Below are positions 24,701-41,100 of a stretch of 64,000 bases of DNA, in pieces. The notes beneath the pieces were generated by a model. That model made no database searches. It was not told where the DNA came from and worked only from the letters and a program-made list of their open reading frames with translations. Source of the stretch: Auanema rhodensis (lineage: Eukaryota; Animalia; Nematoda); NCBI GenBank assembly GCA_964057225.1, contig OZ059899.1, positions 682,001 to 746,000 on the forward strand, read 5' to 3'. Position 1 is the first letter of the stretch; each line of letters opens with the position of its first letter. The position numbers and the translations under genes are program-made.

Positions 24701-27700
24701 CAAAGTCATGGTTACCATGAACCAATATCAATAAAAATTTGTTTTTAGACTAATATGGACATGGGGAATCTAATTTTGAAAACCGCATCTCTTTATCTTT
24801 CACGTGAAGCGAGTTACATACCATGTGCACATCACGTGTACATTTAATTAGCATGAATTAAAGTTCAAGTAAATTTCAAAGTCATGGTTACCATGAACCA
24901 ATATCAATAAAAATTTGTTTTTAGACTAATATGGACATGGGAAATCTAATTTTGAAAACCGCATCTCTTTATCTTTCTCGTGAAGCGAGTTACATACCAT
25001 GTGCACATCACGTGTACATTTAATTAGCATGAATTAAAGTTCACGTAAATTTCAAAGTCATGGTTACCATGAACCAATATCAATAAAAATTTGTTTTTAG
25101 ACTAATATAGACATGGGGAATCTAATTTTGGAAACCGCATCTCTTTATCTTTCACGTGAAGCGAGTTACATACCATGTGCACATCACGTGTACATTTAAT
25201 TAGCATGAATTAAAGTTCACGTAAATTTCAAAGTCATGGTTACCATGAACCAATATCAATAAAAATTTGTTTTTAGACTAATATGGACATGGGGAATCTA
25301 ATTTTGAAAACCGCATCTCTTTATCTTTCACGTGAAGCGAGTTACATACCATGTGCACATCACGTGTACATTTAATTAGCATGAATTAAAGTTCACGTAA
25401 ATTTCAAAGTCATGGTTACCATGAACTAATATCAATAAAAATTTGTTTTTAGACTAATATGGACATGGGGAATCTAATTTTGGAAACCGCATCTCTTTAT
25501 CTTTCACGTGAAGCGAGTTACATACCATGTGCACATCACGTGTACATTTAATTAGCATGAATTAAAGTTCACGTAAATTTCAAAGTCATGGTTACCATGA
25601 ACCAATATCAATAAAAATTTGTTTTTAGACTAATATGGACATGGGGAATCTAATTTTGGAAACCGCATCTCTTTATCTTTCACGTGAAGCGAGTTACATA
25701 CCATGTGCACATCACGTGTACATTTAATTAGCATGAATTAAAGTTCACGTAAATTTCAAAGTCATGGTTACCATGAACCAATATCAATAAAAATTTGTTT
25801 TTAGACTAATATGGACATGGGGAATCTAATTTTGAAAACCGCATCTCTTTATCTTTCACGTGAAGCGAGTTACATACCATGTGCACATCACGTGTACATT
25901 TAATTAGCATGAATTAAAGTTCACGTAAATTTCAAAGTCATGGTTACCATGAACCAATATCAATAAAAATTTGTTTTTAGACTAATATGGACATGGGGAA
26001 TCTAATTTTGGAAACCGCATCTCTTTATCTTTCACGTGAAGCGAGTTACATACCATGTGCACATCACGTGTACATTTAATTAGCATGAATTAAAGTTCAC
26101 GTAAATTTCAAAGTCATGGTTACCATGAACCAATATCAATAAAAATTTGTTTTTAGACTAATATGGACATGGGGAATCTAATTTTGAAAACCGCATCTCT
26201 TTATCTTTCACGTGAAGCGAGTTACATACCATGTGCACATCACGTGTACATTTAATTAGCATGAATTAAAGTTCAAGTAAATTTCAAAGTCATGGTTACC
26301 ATGAACCAATATCAATAAAAATTTGTTTTTAGACTAATATGGACATGGGGAATCTAATTTTGAAAACCGCATCTCTTTATCTTTCACGTGAAGCGAGTTA
26401 CATACCATGTGCACATCACGTGTACATTTAATTAGCATGAATTAAAGTTCACGTAAATTTCAAAGTCATGGTTACCATGAACCAATATCAATAAAAATTT
26501 GTTTTTAGACTAATATGGACATGGGGAATCTAATTTTGAAAACCGCATCTCTTTATCTTTCACATGAAGCGAGTTACATACCATGTGCACATCACGTGTA
26601 CATTTAATTAGCATGAATTAAAGTTCACGTAAATTTCAAAGTCATGGTTACCATGAACCAATATCAATAAAAATTTGTTTTTAGACTAATATGGACATGG
26701 GGAATCTAATTTTGAAAACCGCATCTCTTTATCTTTCACGTGAAGCAAGTTACATACCATGTGCACATCACGTGTACATTTAATTAGCATGAATTAAAGT
26801 TCACGTAAATTTCAAAGTCATGGTTACCATGCACCAATATCAATAAAAATTTGTTTTCAGACTAATATGGACATGGGGAATCTAATTTTGAAAACCGCAT
26901 CTCTTTATCTTCCACGTGAAGCGAGTTACATACCATGTGCACATCACGTGTACATTTAATTAGCATGAATTAAAGTTCACGTAAATTTCAAAGTCATGGT
27001 TACCATGAACCAATATCAATAAAAATTTGTTTTTAGACTAATATGGACATGGGGAATCTAATTTTGAAAACCGCATCTCTTTATCTTTCACGTGAAGCGA
27101 GTTACATACCATGTGCACATCACGTGTACATTTAATTAGCATGAATTAAAGTTCACGTAAATTTCAAAGTCATGGTTACCATGAACCAATATCAATAAAA
27201 ATTTGTTTTTAGACTAATATGGACATGGGGAATCTAATTTTGGAAACCGCATCTCTTTATCTTTCACGTGAAGCGAGTTACATACCATGTGCACATCACG
27301 TGTACATTTAATTAGCATGAATTAAAGTTCACGTAAATTTCAAAGTCATGGTTACCATGAACCAATATCAATAAAAATTTGTTTTTAGACTAATATGGAC
27401 ATGGGGAATCTAATTTTGAAAACCGCATCTCTTTATCTTTCACGTGAAGCGAGTTACATACCATGTGCACATCACGTGTACATTTAATTAGCATGAATTA
27501 AAGTTCACGTAAATTTCAAAGTCATGGTTACCATGAACTAATATCAATAAAAATTTGTTTTTAGACTAATATGGACATGGGGAATCTAATTTTGGAAACC
27601 GCATCTCTTTATCTTTCACGTGAAGCGAGTTACATACCATGTGCACATCACGTGTACATTTAATTAGCATGAATTAAAGTTCACGTAAATTTCAAAGTCA

Positions 27701-30700
27701 TGGTTACCATGAACCAATATCAATAAAAATTTGTTTTTAGACTAATATGGACATTGGGAATCTAATTTTGAAAACCGCATCTCTTTATCTTTCACGTGAA
27801 GCGAGTTACATACCATGTGCACATCACGTGTACATTTAATTAGCATGAATTAAAGTTCACGTAAATTTCAAAGTCATGGTTACCATGAACCAATATCAAT
27901 AAAAATTTGTTTTTAGACTAATATGGACATGGGGAATCTAATTTTGGACACCGCATCTGTTTATCTTTCACGTGAAGCGAGTTACATACCATGTGCACAT
28001 CACGTGTACATTTAATTAGCATGAATTAAAGTTCACGTAAATTTCAAAGTCATGGTTACCATGAACCAATATCAATAAAAATTTGTTTTTAGACTAATAT
28101 GGACATGGGGAATCTAATTTTGGACACCGCATCTGTTTATCTTTCACGTGAAGCGAGTTACATACCATGTGCACATCACGTGTACATTTAATTAGCATGA
28201 ATTAAAGTTCACGTAAATTTCAAAGTCATGGTTACCATGAACCAATATCAATAAAAATTTGTTTTTAGACTAATATGGACATGGGAAATCTAATTTTGAA
28301 AACCGCATCTCTTTATCTTTCTCGTGAAGCGAGTTACATACCATGTGCACATCACGTGTACATTTAATTAGCATGAATTAAAGTTCACGTAAATTTCAAA
28401 GTCATGGTTACCATGAACCAATATCAATAAAAATTTGTTTTTAGACTAATATGGACATGGGGAATCTAATTTTGGAAACCGCATCTGTTTATCTTTCACG
28501 TGAAGCGAGTTACATACCATGTGCACATCACGTGTACATTTAATTAGCATGAATTAAAGTTCACGTAAATTTCAAAGTCATGGTTACCATGAACCAATAT
28601 CAATAAAAATTTGTTTTTAGACTAATATGGACATGGGGAATCTAATTTTGAAAACCGCATCTCTTTATCTTTCACGTGAAGCGAGTTACATACCATGTGC
28701 ACATCACGTGTACATTTAATTAGCATGAATTAAAGTTCACGTAAATTTCAAAGTCATGGTTACCATGCACCAATATCAATAAAAATTTGTTTTTAGACTA
28801 ATATGGACATTGGGAATCTAATTTTGAAAACCGCATCTCTTTATCTTTCACGTGAAGCGAGTTACATACCATGTGCACATCACGTGTACATTTAATTAGC
28901 ATGAATTAAAGTTCACGTAAATTTCAAAGTCATGGTTACCATGAACCAATATCAATAAAAATTTGTTTTTAGACTAATATGGACATGGGGAATCTAATTT
29001 TGGACACCGCATCTGTTTATCTTTCACGTGAAGCGAGTTACATACCATGTGCACATCACGTGTACATTTAATTAGCATGAATTAAAGTTCACGTAAATTT
29101 CAAAGTCATGGTTACCATGAACCAATATCAATAAAAATTTGTTTTTAGACTAATATGGACATGGGAAATCTAATTTTGAAAACCGCATCTCTTTATCTTT
29201 CTCGTGAAGCGAGTTACATACCATGTGCACATCACGTGTACATTTAATTAGCATGAATTAAAGTTCACGTAAATTTCAAAGTCATGGTTACCATGAACCA
29301 ATATCAATAAAAATTTGTTTTTAGACTAATATGGACATGGGGAATCTAATTTTGGAAACCGCATCTCTTTATCTTTCACGTGAAGCGAGTTACATACCAT
29401 GTGCACATCACGTGTACATTTAATTAGCATGAATTAAAGTTCACGTAAATTTCAAAGTCATGGTTACCATGAACCAATATCAATAAAAATTTGTTTTTAG
29501 ACTAATATGGACATTGGGAATCTAATTTTGAAAACCGCATCTCTTTATCTTTCACGTGAAGCGAGTTACATACCATGTGCACATCACGTGTACATTTAAT
29601 TAGCATGAATTAAAGTTCACGTAAATTTCAAAGTCATGGTTACCATGAACTAATATCAATAAAAATTTGTTTTTAGACTAATATGGACATGGGGAATCTA
29701 ATTTTGGACACCGCATCTGTTTATCTTTCACGTGAAGCGAGTTACATACCATGTGCACATCACGTGTACATTTAATTAGCATGAATTAAAGTTCACGTAA
29801 ATTTCAAAGTCATGGTTACCATGAACCAATATCAATAAAAATTTGTTTTTAGACTAATATGGACATGGGAAATCTAATTTTGAAAACCGCATCTCTTTAT
29901 CTTTCTCGTGAAGCGAGTTACATACCATGTGCACATCACGTGTACATTTAATTAGCATGAATTAAAGTTCACGTAAATTTCAAAGTCATGGTTACCATGA
30001 ACCAATATCAATAAAAATTTGTTTTTAGACTAATATGGACATGGGGAATCTAATTTTGGAAACCGCATCTCTTTATCTTTCACGTGAAGCGAGTTACATA
30101 CCATGTGCACATCACGTGTACATTTAATTAGCATGAATTAAAGTTCACGTAAATTTCAAAGTCATGGTTACCATGAACCAATATCAATAAAAATTTGTTT
30201 TTAGACTAATATGGACATGGGGAATCTAATTTTGAAAACCGCATCTCTTTATCTTTCACGTGAAGCGAGTTACATACCATGTGCACATCACGTGTACATT
30301 TAATTAGCATGAATTAAAGTTCAAGTAAATTTCAAAGTCATGGTTACCATGAACCAATATCAATAAAAATTTGTTTTTAGACTAATATGGACATGGGGAA
30401 TCTAATTTTGAAAACCGCATCTCTTTATCTTTCACGTGAAGCGAGTTACATACCATGTGCACATCACGTGTACATTTAATTAGCATGAATTAAAGTTCAC
30501 GTAAATTTCAAAGTCATGGTTACCATGAACCAATATCAATAGAAATTTGTTTTTAGACTAATATGGACATGGGGAATCTAATTTTGAAAACCGCATCTCT
30601 TTATCTTTCACGTGAAGCGAGTTACATACCATGTGCACATCACGTGTACATTTAATTAGCATGAATTAAAGTTCACGTAAATTTCAAAGTCATGGTTACC

Positions 30701-32183
30701 ATGAACCAATATCAATAAAAATTTGTTTTTAGACTAATATGGACATGGGGAATCTAATTTTGAAAACCGCATCTCTTTATCTTTCACGTGAAGCAAGTTA
30801 CATACCATGTGCACATCACGTGTACATTTAATTAGCATGAATTAAAGTTCACGTAAATTTCAAAGTCATGGTTACCATGAACCAATATCAATAAAAATTT
30901 GTTTTTAGACTAATATGGACATGGGGAATCTAATTTTGGAAACCGCATCTCTTTATCTTTCACGTGAAGCGAGTTACATACCATGTGCACATCACGTGTA
31001 CATTTAATTAGCATGAATTAAAGTTCAAGTAAATTTCAAAGTCATGGTTACCATGAACCAATATCAATAAAAATTTGTTTTTAGACTAATATGGACATGG
31101 GGAATCTAATTTTGAAAACCGCATCTCTTTATCTTTCACGTGAAGCGAGTTACATACCATGTGCACATCACGTGTACATTTAATTAGCATGAATTAAAGT
31201 TCACGTAAATTTCAAAGTCATGGTTACCATGAACCAATATCAATAAAAATTTGTTTTTAGACTAATATGGACATGGGGAATCTAATTTTGAAAACCGCAT
31301 CTCTTTATCTTTCACGTGAAGCGAGTTACATACCATGTGCACATCACGTGTACATTTAATTAGCATGAATTAAAGTTCACGTAAATTTCAAAGTCATGGT
31401 TACCATGCACCAATATCAATAAAAATTTGTTTTTAGACTAATATGGACATTGGGAATCTAATTTTGAAAACCGCATCTCTTTATCTTTCACGTGAAGCGA
31501 GTTACATACCATGTGCACATCACGTGTACATTTAATTAGCATGAATTAAAGTTCACGTAAATTTCAAAGTCATGGTTACCATGAACCAATATCAATAAAA
31601 ATTTGTTTTTAGACTAATATGGACATGGGGAATCTAATTTTGGACACCGCATCTGTTTATCTTTCACGTGAAGCGAGTTACATACCATGTGCACATCACG
31701 TGTACATTTAATTAGCATGAATTAAAGTTCACGTAAATTTCAAAGTCATGGTTACCATGAACCAATATCAATAAAAATTTGTTTTTAGACTAATATGGAC
31801 ATGGGGAATCTAATTTTGGACACCGCATCTGTTTATCTTTCACGTGAAGCGAGTTACATACCATGTGCACATCACGTGTACATTTAATTAGCATGAATTA
31901 AAGTTCACGTAAATTTCAAAGTCATGGTTACCATGAACCAATATCAATAAAAATTTGTTTTTAGACTAATATGGACATGGGAAATCTAATTTTGAAAACC
32001 GCATCTCTTTATCTTTCTCGTGAAGCGAGTTACATACCATGTGCACATCACGTGTACATTTAATTAGCATGAATTAAAGTTCACGTAAATTTCAAAGTCA
32101 TGGTTACCATGAACCAATATCAATAAAAATTTGTTTTTAGACTAATATGGACATGGGGAATCTAATTTTGGAAACCGCATCTG

Positions 32184-35100
32184 TTTATCTTTCACGTGAA
32201 GCGAGTTACATACCATGTGCACATCACGTGTACATTTAATTAGCATGAATTAAAGTTCACGTAAATTTCAAAGTCATGGTTACCATGAACCAATATCAAT
32301 AAAAATTTGTTTTTAGACTAATATGGACATGGGGAATCTAATTTTGAAAACCGCATCTCTTTATCTTTCACGTGAAGCGAGTTACATACCATGTGCACAT
32401 CACGTGTACATTTAATTAGCATGAATTAAAGTTCAAGTAAATTTCAAAGTCATGGTTACCATGAACCAATATCAATAAAAATTTGTTTTTAGACTAATAT
32501 GGACATGGGGAATCTAATTTTGAAAACCGCATCTCTTTATCTTTCACGTGAAGCAAGTTACATACCATGTGCACATCACGTGTACATTTAATTAGCATGA
32601 ATTAAAGTTCACGTGTAATTTCAAAGTCATGGTTACCATGCACCAATATCAATAAAAATTTGTTTTCAGACTAATATGGACATGGGGAATCTAATTTTGA
32701 AAACCGCATCTCTTTATCTTTCACGTGAAGCGAGTTACATACCATGTGCACATCACGTGTACATTTAATTAGCATGAATTAAAGTTCACGTAAATTTCAA
32801 AGTCATGGTTACCATGAACCAATATCAATAAAAATTTGTTTTTAGACTAATATGGACATGGGGAATCTAATTTTGGAAACCGCATCTCTTTATCTTTCAC
32901 GTGAAGCGAGTTACATACCATGTGCACATCACGTGTACATTTAATTAGCATGAATTAAAGTTCACGTAAATTTCAAAGTCATGGTTACCATGAACCAATA
33001 TCAATAAAAATTTGTTTTTAGACTAATATGGACATGGGAAATCTAATTTTGAAAACCGCATCTCTTTATCTTTCACGTGAAGCGAGTTACATACCATGTG
33101 CACATCACGTGTACATTTAATTAGCATGAATTAAAGTTCACGTAAATTTCAAAGTCATGGTTACCATGAACTAATATCAATAAAAATTTGTTTTTAGACT
33201 AAGATGGACATGGGGAATCTAATTTTGGAAACCGCATCTCTTTATCTTTCACGTGAAGCGAGTTACATACCATGTGCACATCACGTGTACATTTAATTAG
33301 CATGAATTAAAGTTCACGTAAATTTCAAAGTCATGGTTACCATGAACCAATATCAATAAAAATTTGTTTTTAGACTAATATGGACATTGGGAATCTAATT
33401 TTGAAAACCGCATCTCTTTATCTTTCACGTGAAGCGAGTTACATACCATGTGCACATCACGTGTACATTTAATTAGCATGAATTAAAGTTCACGTAAATT
33501 TCAAAGTCATGGTTACCATGAACTAATATCAATAAAAATTTGTTTTTAGACTAATATGGACATGGGGAATCTAATTTTGGACACCGCATCTGTTTATCTT
33601 TCACGTGAAGCGAGTTACATACCATGTGCACATCACGTGTACATTTAATTAGCATGAATTAAAGTTCACGTAAATTTCAAAGTCATGGTTACCATGAACC
33701 AATATCAATAAAAATTTGTTTTTAGACTAATATGGACATGGGAAATCTAATTTTGAAAACCGCATCTCTTTATCTTTCTCGTGAAGCGAGTTACATACCA
33801 TGTGCACATCACGTGTACATTTAATTAGCATGAATTAAAGTTCACGTAAATTTCAAAGTCATGGTTACCATGAACCAATATCAATAAAAATTTGTTTTTA
33901 GACTAATATGGACATGGGGAATCTAATTTTGGAAACCGCATCTCTTTATCTTTCACGTGAAGCGAGTTACATACCATGTGCACATCACGTGTACATTTAA
34001 TTAGCATGAATTAAAGTTCACGTAAATTTCAAAGTCATGGTTACCATGAACCAATATCAATAAAAATTTGTTTTTAGACTAATATGGACATGGGGAATCT
34101 AATTTTGAAAACCGCATCTCTTTATCTTTCACGTGAAGCGAGTTACATACCATGTGCACATCACGTGTACATTTAATTAGCATGAATTAAAGTTCACGTA
34201 AATTTCAAAGTCATGGTTACCATGAACCAATATCAATAGAAATTTGTTTTTAGACTAATATGGACATGGGGAATCTAATTTTGAAAACCGCATCTCTTTA
34301 TCTTTCACGTGAAGCGAGTTACATACCATGTGCACATCACGTGTACATTTAATTAGCATGAATTAAAGTTCACGTAAATTTCAAAGTCATGGTTACCATG
34401 AACCAATATCAATAAAAATTTGTTTTTAGACTAATATGGACATGGGGAATCTAATTTTGAAAACCGCATCTCTTTATCTTTCACGTGAAGCAAGTTACAT
34501 ACCATGTGCACATCACGTGTACATTTAATTAGCATGAATTAAAGTTCACGTAAATTTCAAAGTCATGGTTACCATGAACCAATATCAATAAAAATTTGTT
34601 TTTAGACTAATATGGACATGGGGAATCTAATTTTGGAAACCGCATCTCTTTATCTTTCACGTGAAGCGAGTTACATACCATGTGCACATCACCTGTACAT
34701 TTAATTAGCATGAATTAAAGTTCAAGTAAATTTCAAAGTCATGGTTACCATGAACCAATATCAATAAAAATTTGTTTTTAGACTAATATGGACATGGGGA
34801 ATCTAATTTTGAAAACCGCATCTCTTTATCTTTCACGTGAAGCGAGTTACATACCATGTGCACATCACGTGTACATTTAATTAGCATGAATTAAAGTTCA
34901 CGTAAATTTCAAAGTCATGGTTACCATGAACCAATATCAATAAAAATTTGTTTTTAGACTAATATGGACATGGGGAATCTAATTTTGAAAACCGCATCTC
35001 TTTATCTTTCACGTGAAGCGAGTTACATACCATGTGCACATCACGTGTACATTTAATTAGCATGAATTAAAGTTCAAGTAAATTTCAAAGTCATGGTTAC

Positions 35101-38100
35101 CATGAACCAATATCAATAAAAATTTGTTTTTAGACTAATATGGACATGGGGAATCTAATTTTGAAAACCGCATCTCTTTATCTTTCACGTGAAGCAAGTT
35201 ACATACCATGTGCACATCACGTGTACATTTAATTAGCATGAATTAAAGTTCACGTGTAATTTCAAAGTCATGGTTACCATGCACCAATATCAATAAAAAT
35301 TTGTTTTCAGACTAATATGGACATGGGGAATCTAATTTTGAAAACCGCATCTCTTTATCTTTCACGTGAAGCGAGTTACATACCATGTGCACATCACGTG
35401 TACATTTAATTAGCATGAATTAAAGTTCACGTAAATTTCAAAGTCATGGTTACCATGAACCAATATCAATAAAAATTTGTTTTTAGACTAATATGGACAT
35501 GGGGAATCTAATTTTGGAAACCGCATCTCTTTATCTTTCACGTGAAGCGAGTTACATACCATGTGCACATCACGTGTACATTTAATTAGCATGAATTAAA
35601 GTTCACGTAAATTTCAAAGTCATGGTTACCATGAACCAATATCAATAAAAATTTGTTTTTAGACTAATATGGACATGGGAAATCTAATTTTGAAAACCGC
35701 ATCTCTTTATCTTTCACGTGAAGCGAGTTACATACCATGTGCACATCACGTGTACATTTAATTAGCATGAATTAAAGTTCACGTAAATTTCAAAGTCATG
35801 GTTACCATGAACTAATATCAATAAAAATTTGTTTTTAGACTAAGATGGACATGGGGAATCTAATTTTGGAAACCGCATCTCTTTATCTTTCACGTGAAGC
35901 GAGTTACATACCATGTGCACATCACGTGTACATTTAATTAGCATGAATTAAAGTTCACGTAAATTTCAAAGTCATGGTTACCATGAACCAATATCAATAA
36001 AAATTTGTTTTTAGACTAATATGGACATTGGGAATCTAATTTTGAAAACCGCATCTCTTTATCTTTCACGTGAAGCGAGTTACATACCATGTGCACATCA
36101 CGTGTACATTTAATTAGCATGAATTAAAGTTCACGTAAATTTCAAAGTCATGGTTACCATGAACTAATATCAATAAAAATTTGTTTTTAGACTAATATGG
36201 ACATGGGGAATCTAATTTTGGACACCGCATCTGTTTATCTTTCACGTGAAGCGAGTTACATACCATGTGCACATCACGTGTACATTTAATTAGCATGAAT
36301 TAAAGTTCACGTAAATTTCAAAGTCATGGTTACCATGAACCAATATCAATAAAAATTTGTTTTTAGACTAATATGGACATGGGAAATCTAATTTTGAAAA
36401 CCGCATCTCTTTATCTTTCTCGTGAAGCGAGTTACATACCATGTGCACATCACGTGTACATTTAATTAGCATGAATTAAAGTTCACGTAAATTTCAAAGT
36501 CATGGTTACCATGAACCAATATCAATAAAAATTTGTTTTTAGACTAATATGGACATGGGGAATCTAATTTTGGAAACCGCATCTCTTTATCTTTCACGTG
36601 AAGCGAGTTACATACCATGTGCACATCACGTGTATATTTAATTAGCATGAATTAAAGTTCACGTAAATTTCAAAGTCATGGTTACCATGAACCAATATCA
36701 ATAAAAATTTGTTTTTAGACTAATATGGACATGGGGAATCTAATTTTGAAAACCGCATCTCTTTATCTTTCACGTGAAGCGAGTTACATACCATGTGCAC
36801 ATCACGTGTACATTTAATTAGCATGAATTAAAGTTCAAGTAAATTTCAAAGTCATGGTTACCATGAACCAATATCAATAAAAATTTGTTTTTAGACTAAT
36901 ATGGACATGGGGAATCTAATTTTGAAAACCGCATCTCTTTATCTTTCACGTGAAGCGAGTTACATACCATGTGCACATCACGTGTACATTTAATTAGCAT
37001 GAATTAAAGTTCACGTAAATTTCAAAGTCATGGTTACCATGAACCAATATCAATAGAAATTTGTTTTTAGACTAATATGGACATGGGGAATCTAATTTTG
37101 AAAACCGCATCTCTTTATCTTTCACGTGAAGCGAGTTACATACCATGTGCACATCACGTGTACATTTAATTAGCATGAATTAAAGTTCACGTAAATTTCA
37201 AAGTCATGGTTACCATGAACCAATATCAATAAAAATTTGTTTTTAGACTAATATGGACATGGGGAATCTAATTTTGAAAACCGCATCTCTTTATCTTTCA
37301 CGTGAAGCAAGTTACATACCATGTGCACATCACGTGTACATTTAATTAGCATGAATTAAAGTTCACGTAAATTTCAAAGTCATGGTTACCATGAACCAAT
37401 ATCAATAAAAATTTGTTTTTAGACTAATATGGACATGGGGAATCTAATTTTGGAAACCGCATCTCTTTATCTTTCACGTGAAGCGAGTTACATACCATGT
37501 GCACATCACCTGTACATTTAATTAGCATGAATTAAAGTTCAAGTAAATTTCAAAGTCATGGTTACCATGAACCAATATCAATAAAAATTTGTTTTTAGAC
37601 TAATATGGACATGGGGAATCTAATTTTGAAAACCGCATCTCTTTATCTTTCACGTGAAGCGAGTTACATACCATGTGCACATCACGTGTACATTTAATTA
37701 GCATGAATTAAAGTTCACGTAAATTTCAAAGTCATGGTTACCATGCACCAATATCAATAAAAATTTGTTTTTAGACTAATATGGGAATGAGGAATCTAAT
37801 TTTGAAAACCGCATCTCTTTATCTTTCACGTGAAGCGAGTTACATACCATGTGCACATCACGTGTACATTTAATTAGCATGAATTAAAGTTCACGTAAAT
37901 TTCAAAGTCATGGTTACCATGAACCAATATCAATAAAAATTTGTTTTTAGACTAATATGGACATGGGGAATCTAATTTTGAAAACCGCATCTCTTTATCT
38001 TTCACGTGAAGCGAGTTACATACCATGTGCACATCACGTGTACATTTAATTAGCATGAATTAAAGTTCAAGTAAATTTCAAAGTCATGGTTACCATGAAC

Positions 38101-41100
38101 CAATATCAATAAAAATTTGTTTTTAGACTAATATGGACATGGGGAATCTAATTTTGAAAACCGCATCTCTTTATCTTTCACGTGAAGCAAGTTACATACC
38201 ATGTGCACATCACGTGTACATTTAATTAGCATGAATTAAAGTTCACGTGTAATTTCAAAGTCATGGTTACCATGCACCAATATCAATAAAAATTTGTTTT
38301 CAGACTAATATGGACATGGGGAATCTAATTTTGAAAACCGCATCTCTTTATCTTTCACGTGAAGCGAGTTACATACCATGTGCACATCACGTGTACATTT
38401 AATTAGCATGAATTAAAGTTCACGTAAATTTCAAAGTCATGGTTACCATGAACCAATATCAATAAAAATTTGTTTTTAGACTAATATGGACATGGGGAAT
38501 CTAATTTTGGAAACCGCATCTCTTTATCTTTCACGTGAAGCGAGTTACATACCATGTGCACATCACGTGTACATTTAATTAGCATGAATTAAAGTTCACG
38601 TAAATTTCAAAGTCATGGTTACCATGAACCAATATCAATAAAAATTTGTTTTTAGACTAATATGGACATGGGAAATCTAATTTTGAAAACCGCATCTCTT
38701 TATCTTTCACGTGAAGCGAGTTACATACCATGTGCACATCACGTGTACATTTAATTAGCATGAATTAAAGTTCACGTAAATTTCAAAGTCATGGTTACCA
38801 TGAACCAATATCAATAAAAATTTGTTTTTAGACTAATATGGACATGGGGAATCTAATTTTGAAAACCGCATCTCTTTATCTTTCACGTGAAGCGAGTTAC
38901 ATACCATGTGCACATCACGTGTACATTTAATTAGCATGAATTAAAGTTCAAGTAAATTTCAAAGTCATGGTTACCATGAACCAATATCAATAAAAATTTG
39001 TTTTTAGACTAATATGGACATGGGGAATCTAATTTTGAAAACCGCATCTCTTTATCTTTCACGTGAAGCAAGTTACATACCATGTGCACATCACGTGTAC
39101 ATTTAATTAGCATGAATTAAAGTTCACGTGTAATTTCAAAGTCATGGTTACCATGCACCAATATCAATAAAAATTTGTTTTCAGACTAATATGGACATGG
39201 GGAATCTAATTTTGAAAACCGCATCTCTTTATCTTTCACGTGAAGCGAGTTACATACCATGTGCACATCACGTGTACATTTAATTAGCATGAATTAAAGT
39301 TCACGTAAATTTCAAAGTCATGGTTACCATGAACCAATATCAATAAAAATTTGTTTTTAGACTAATATGGACATGGGGAATCTAATTTTGGAAACCGCAT
39401 CTCTTTATCTTTCACGTGAAGCGAGTTACATACCATGTGCACATCACGTGTACATTTAATTAGCATGAATTAAAGTTCACGTAAATTTCAAAGTCATGGT
39501 TACCATGAACCAATATCAATAAAAATTTGTTTTTAGACTAATATGGACATGGGAAATCTAATTTTGAAAACCGCATCTCTTTATCTTTCACGTGAAGCGA
39601 GTTACATACCATGTGCACATCACGTGTACATTTAATTAGCATGAATTAAAGTTCACGTAAATTTCAAAGTCATGGTTACCATGAACTAATATCAATAAAA
39701 ATTTGTTTTTAGACTAAGATGGACATGGGGAATCTAATTTTGGAAACCGCATCTCTTTATCTTTCACGTGAAGCGAGTTACATACCATGTGCACATCACG
39801 TGTACATTTAATTAGCATGAATTAAAGTTCACGTAAATTTCAAAGTCATGGTTACCATGAACCAATATCAATAAAAATTTGTTTTTAGACTAATATGGAC
39901 ATTGGGAATCTAATTTTGAAAACCGCATCTCTTTATCTTTCACGTGAAGCGAGTTACATACCATGTGCACATCACGTGTACATTTAATTAGCATGAATTA
40001 AAGTTCACGTAAATTTCAAAGTCATGGTTACCATGAACTAATATCAATAAAAATTTGTTTTTAGACTAATATGGACATGGGGAATCTAATTTTGGACACC
40101 GCATCTGTTTATCTTTCACGTGAAGCGAGTTACATACCATGTGCACATCACGTGTACATTTAATTAGCATGAATTAAAGTTCACGTAAATTTCAAAGTCA
40201 TGGTTACCATGAACCAATATCAATAAAAATTTGTTTTTAGACTAATATGGACATGGGAAATCTAATTTTGAAAACCGCATCTCTTTATCTTTCTCGTGAA
40301 GCGAGTTACATACCATGTGCACATCACGTGTACATTTAATTAGCATGAATTAAAGTTCACGTAAATTTCAAAGTCATGGTTACCATGAACCAATATCAAT
40401 AAAAATTTGTTTTTAGACTAATATGGACATGGGGAATCTAATTTTGGAAACCGCATCTCTTTATCTTTCACGTGAAGCGAGTTACATACCATGTGCACAT
40501 CACGTGTACATTTAATTAGCATGAATTAAAGTTCACGTAAATTTCAAAGTCATGGTTACCATGAACCAATATCAATAAAAATTTGTTTTTAGACTAATAT
40601 GGACATGGGGAATCTAATTTTGAAAACCGCATCTCTTTATCTTTCACGTGAAGCGAGTTACATACCATGTGCACATCACGTGTACATTTAATTAGCATGA
40701 ATTAAAGTTCACGTAAATTTCAAAGTCATGGTTACCATGAACCAATATCAATAGAAATTTGTTTTTAGACTAATATGGACATGGGGAATCTAATTTTGAA
40801 AACCGCATCTCTTTATCTTTCACGTGAAGCGAGTTACATACCATGTGCACATCACGTGTACATTTAATTAGCATGAATTAAAGTTCACGTAAATTTCAAA
40901 GTCATGGTTACCATGAACCAATATCAATAAAAATTTGTTTTTAGACTAATATGGACATGGGGAATCTAATTTTGAAAACCGCATCTCTTTATCTTTCACG
41001 TGAAGCAAGTTACATACCATGTGCACATCACGTGTACATTTAATTAGCATGAATTAAAGTTCACGTAAATTTCAAAGTCATGGTTACCATGAACCAATAT

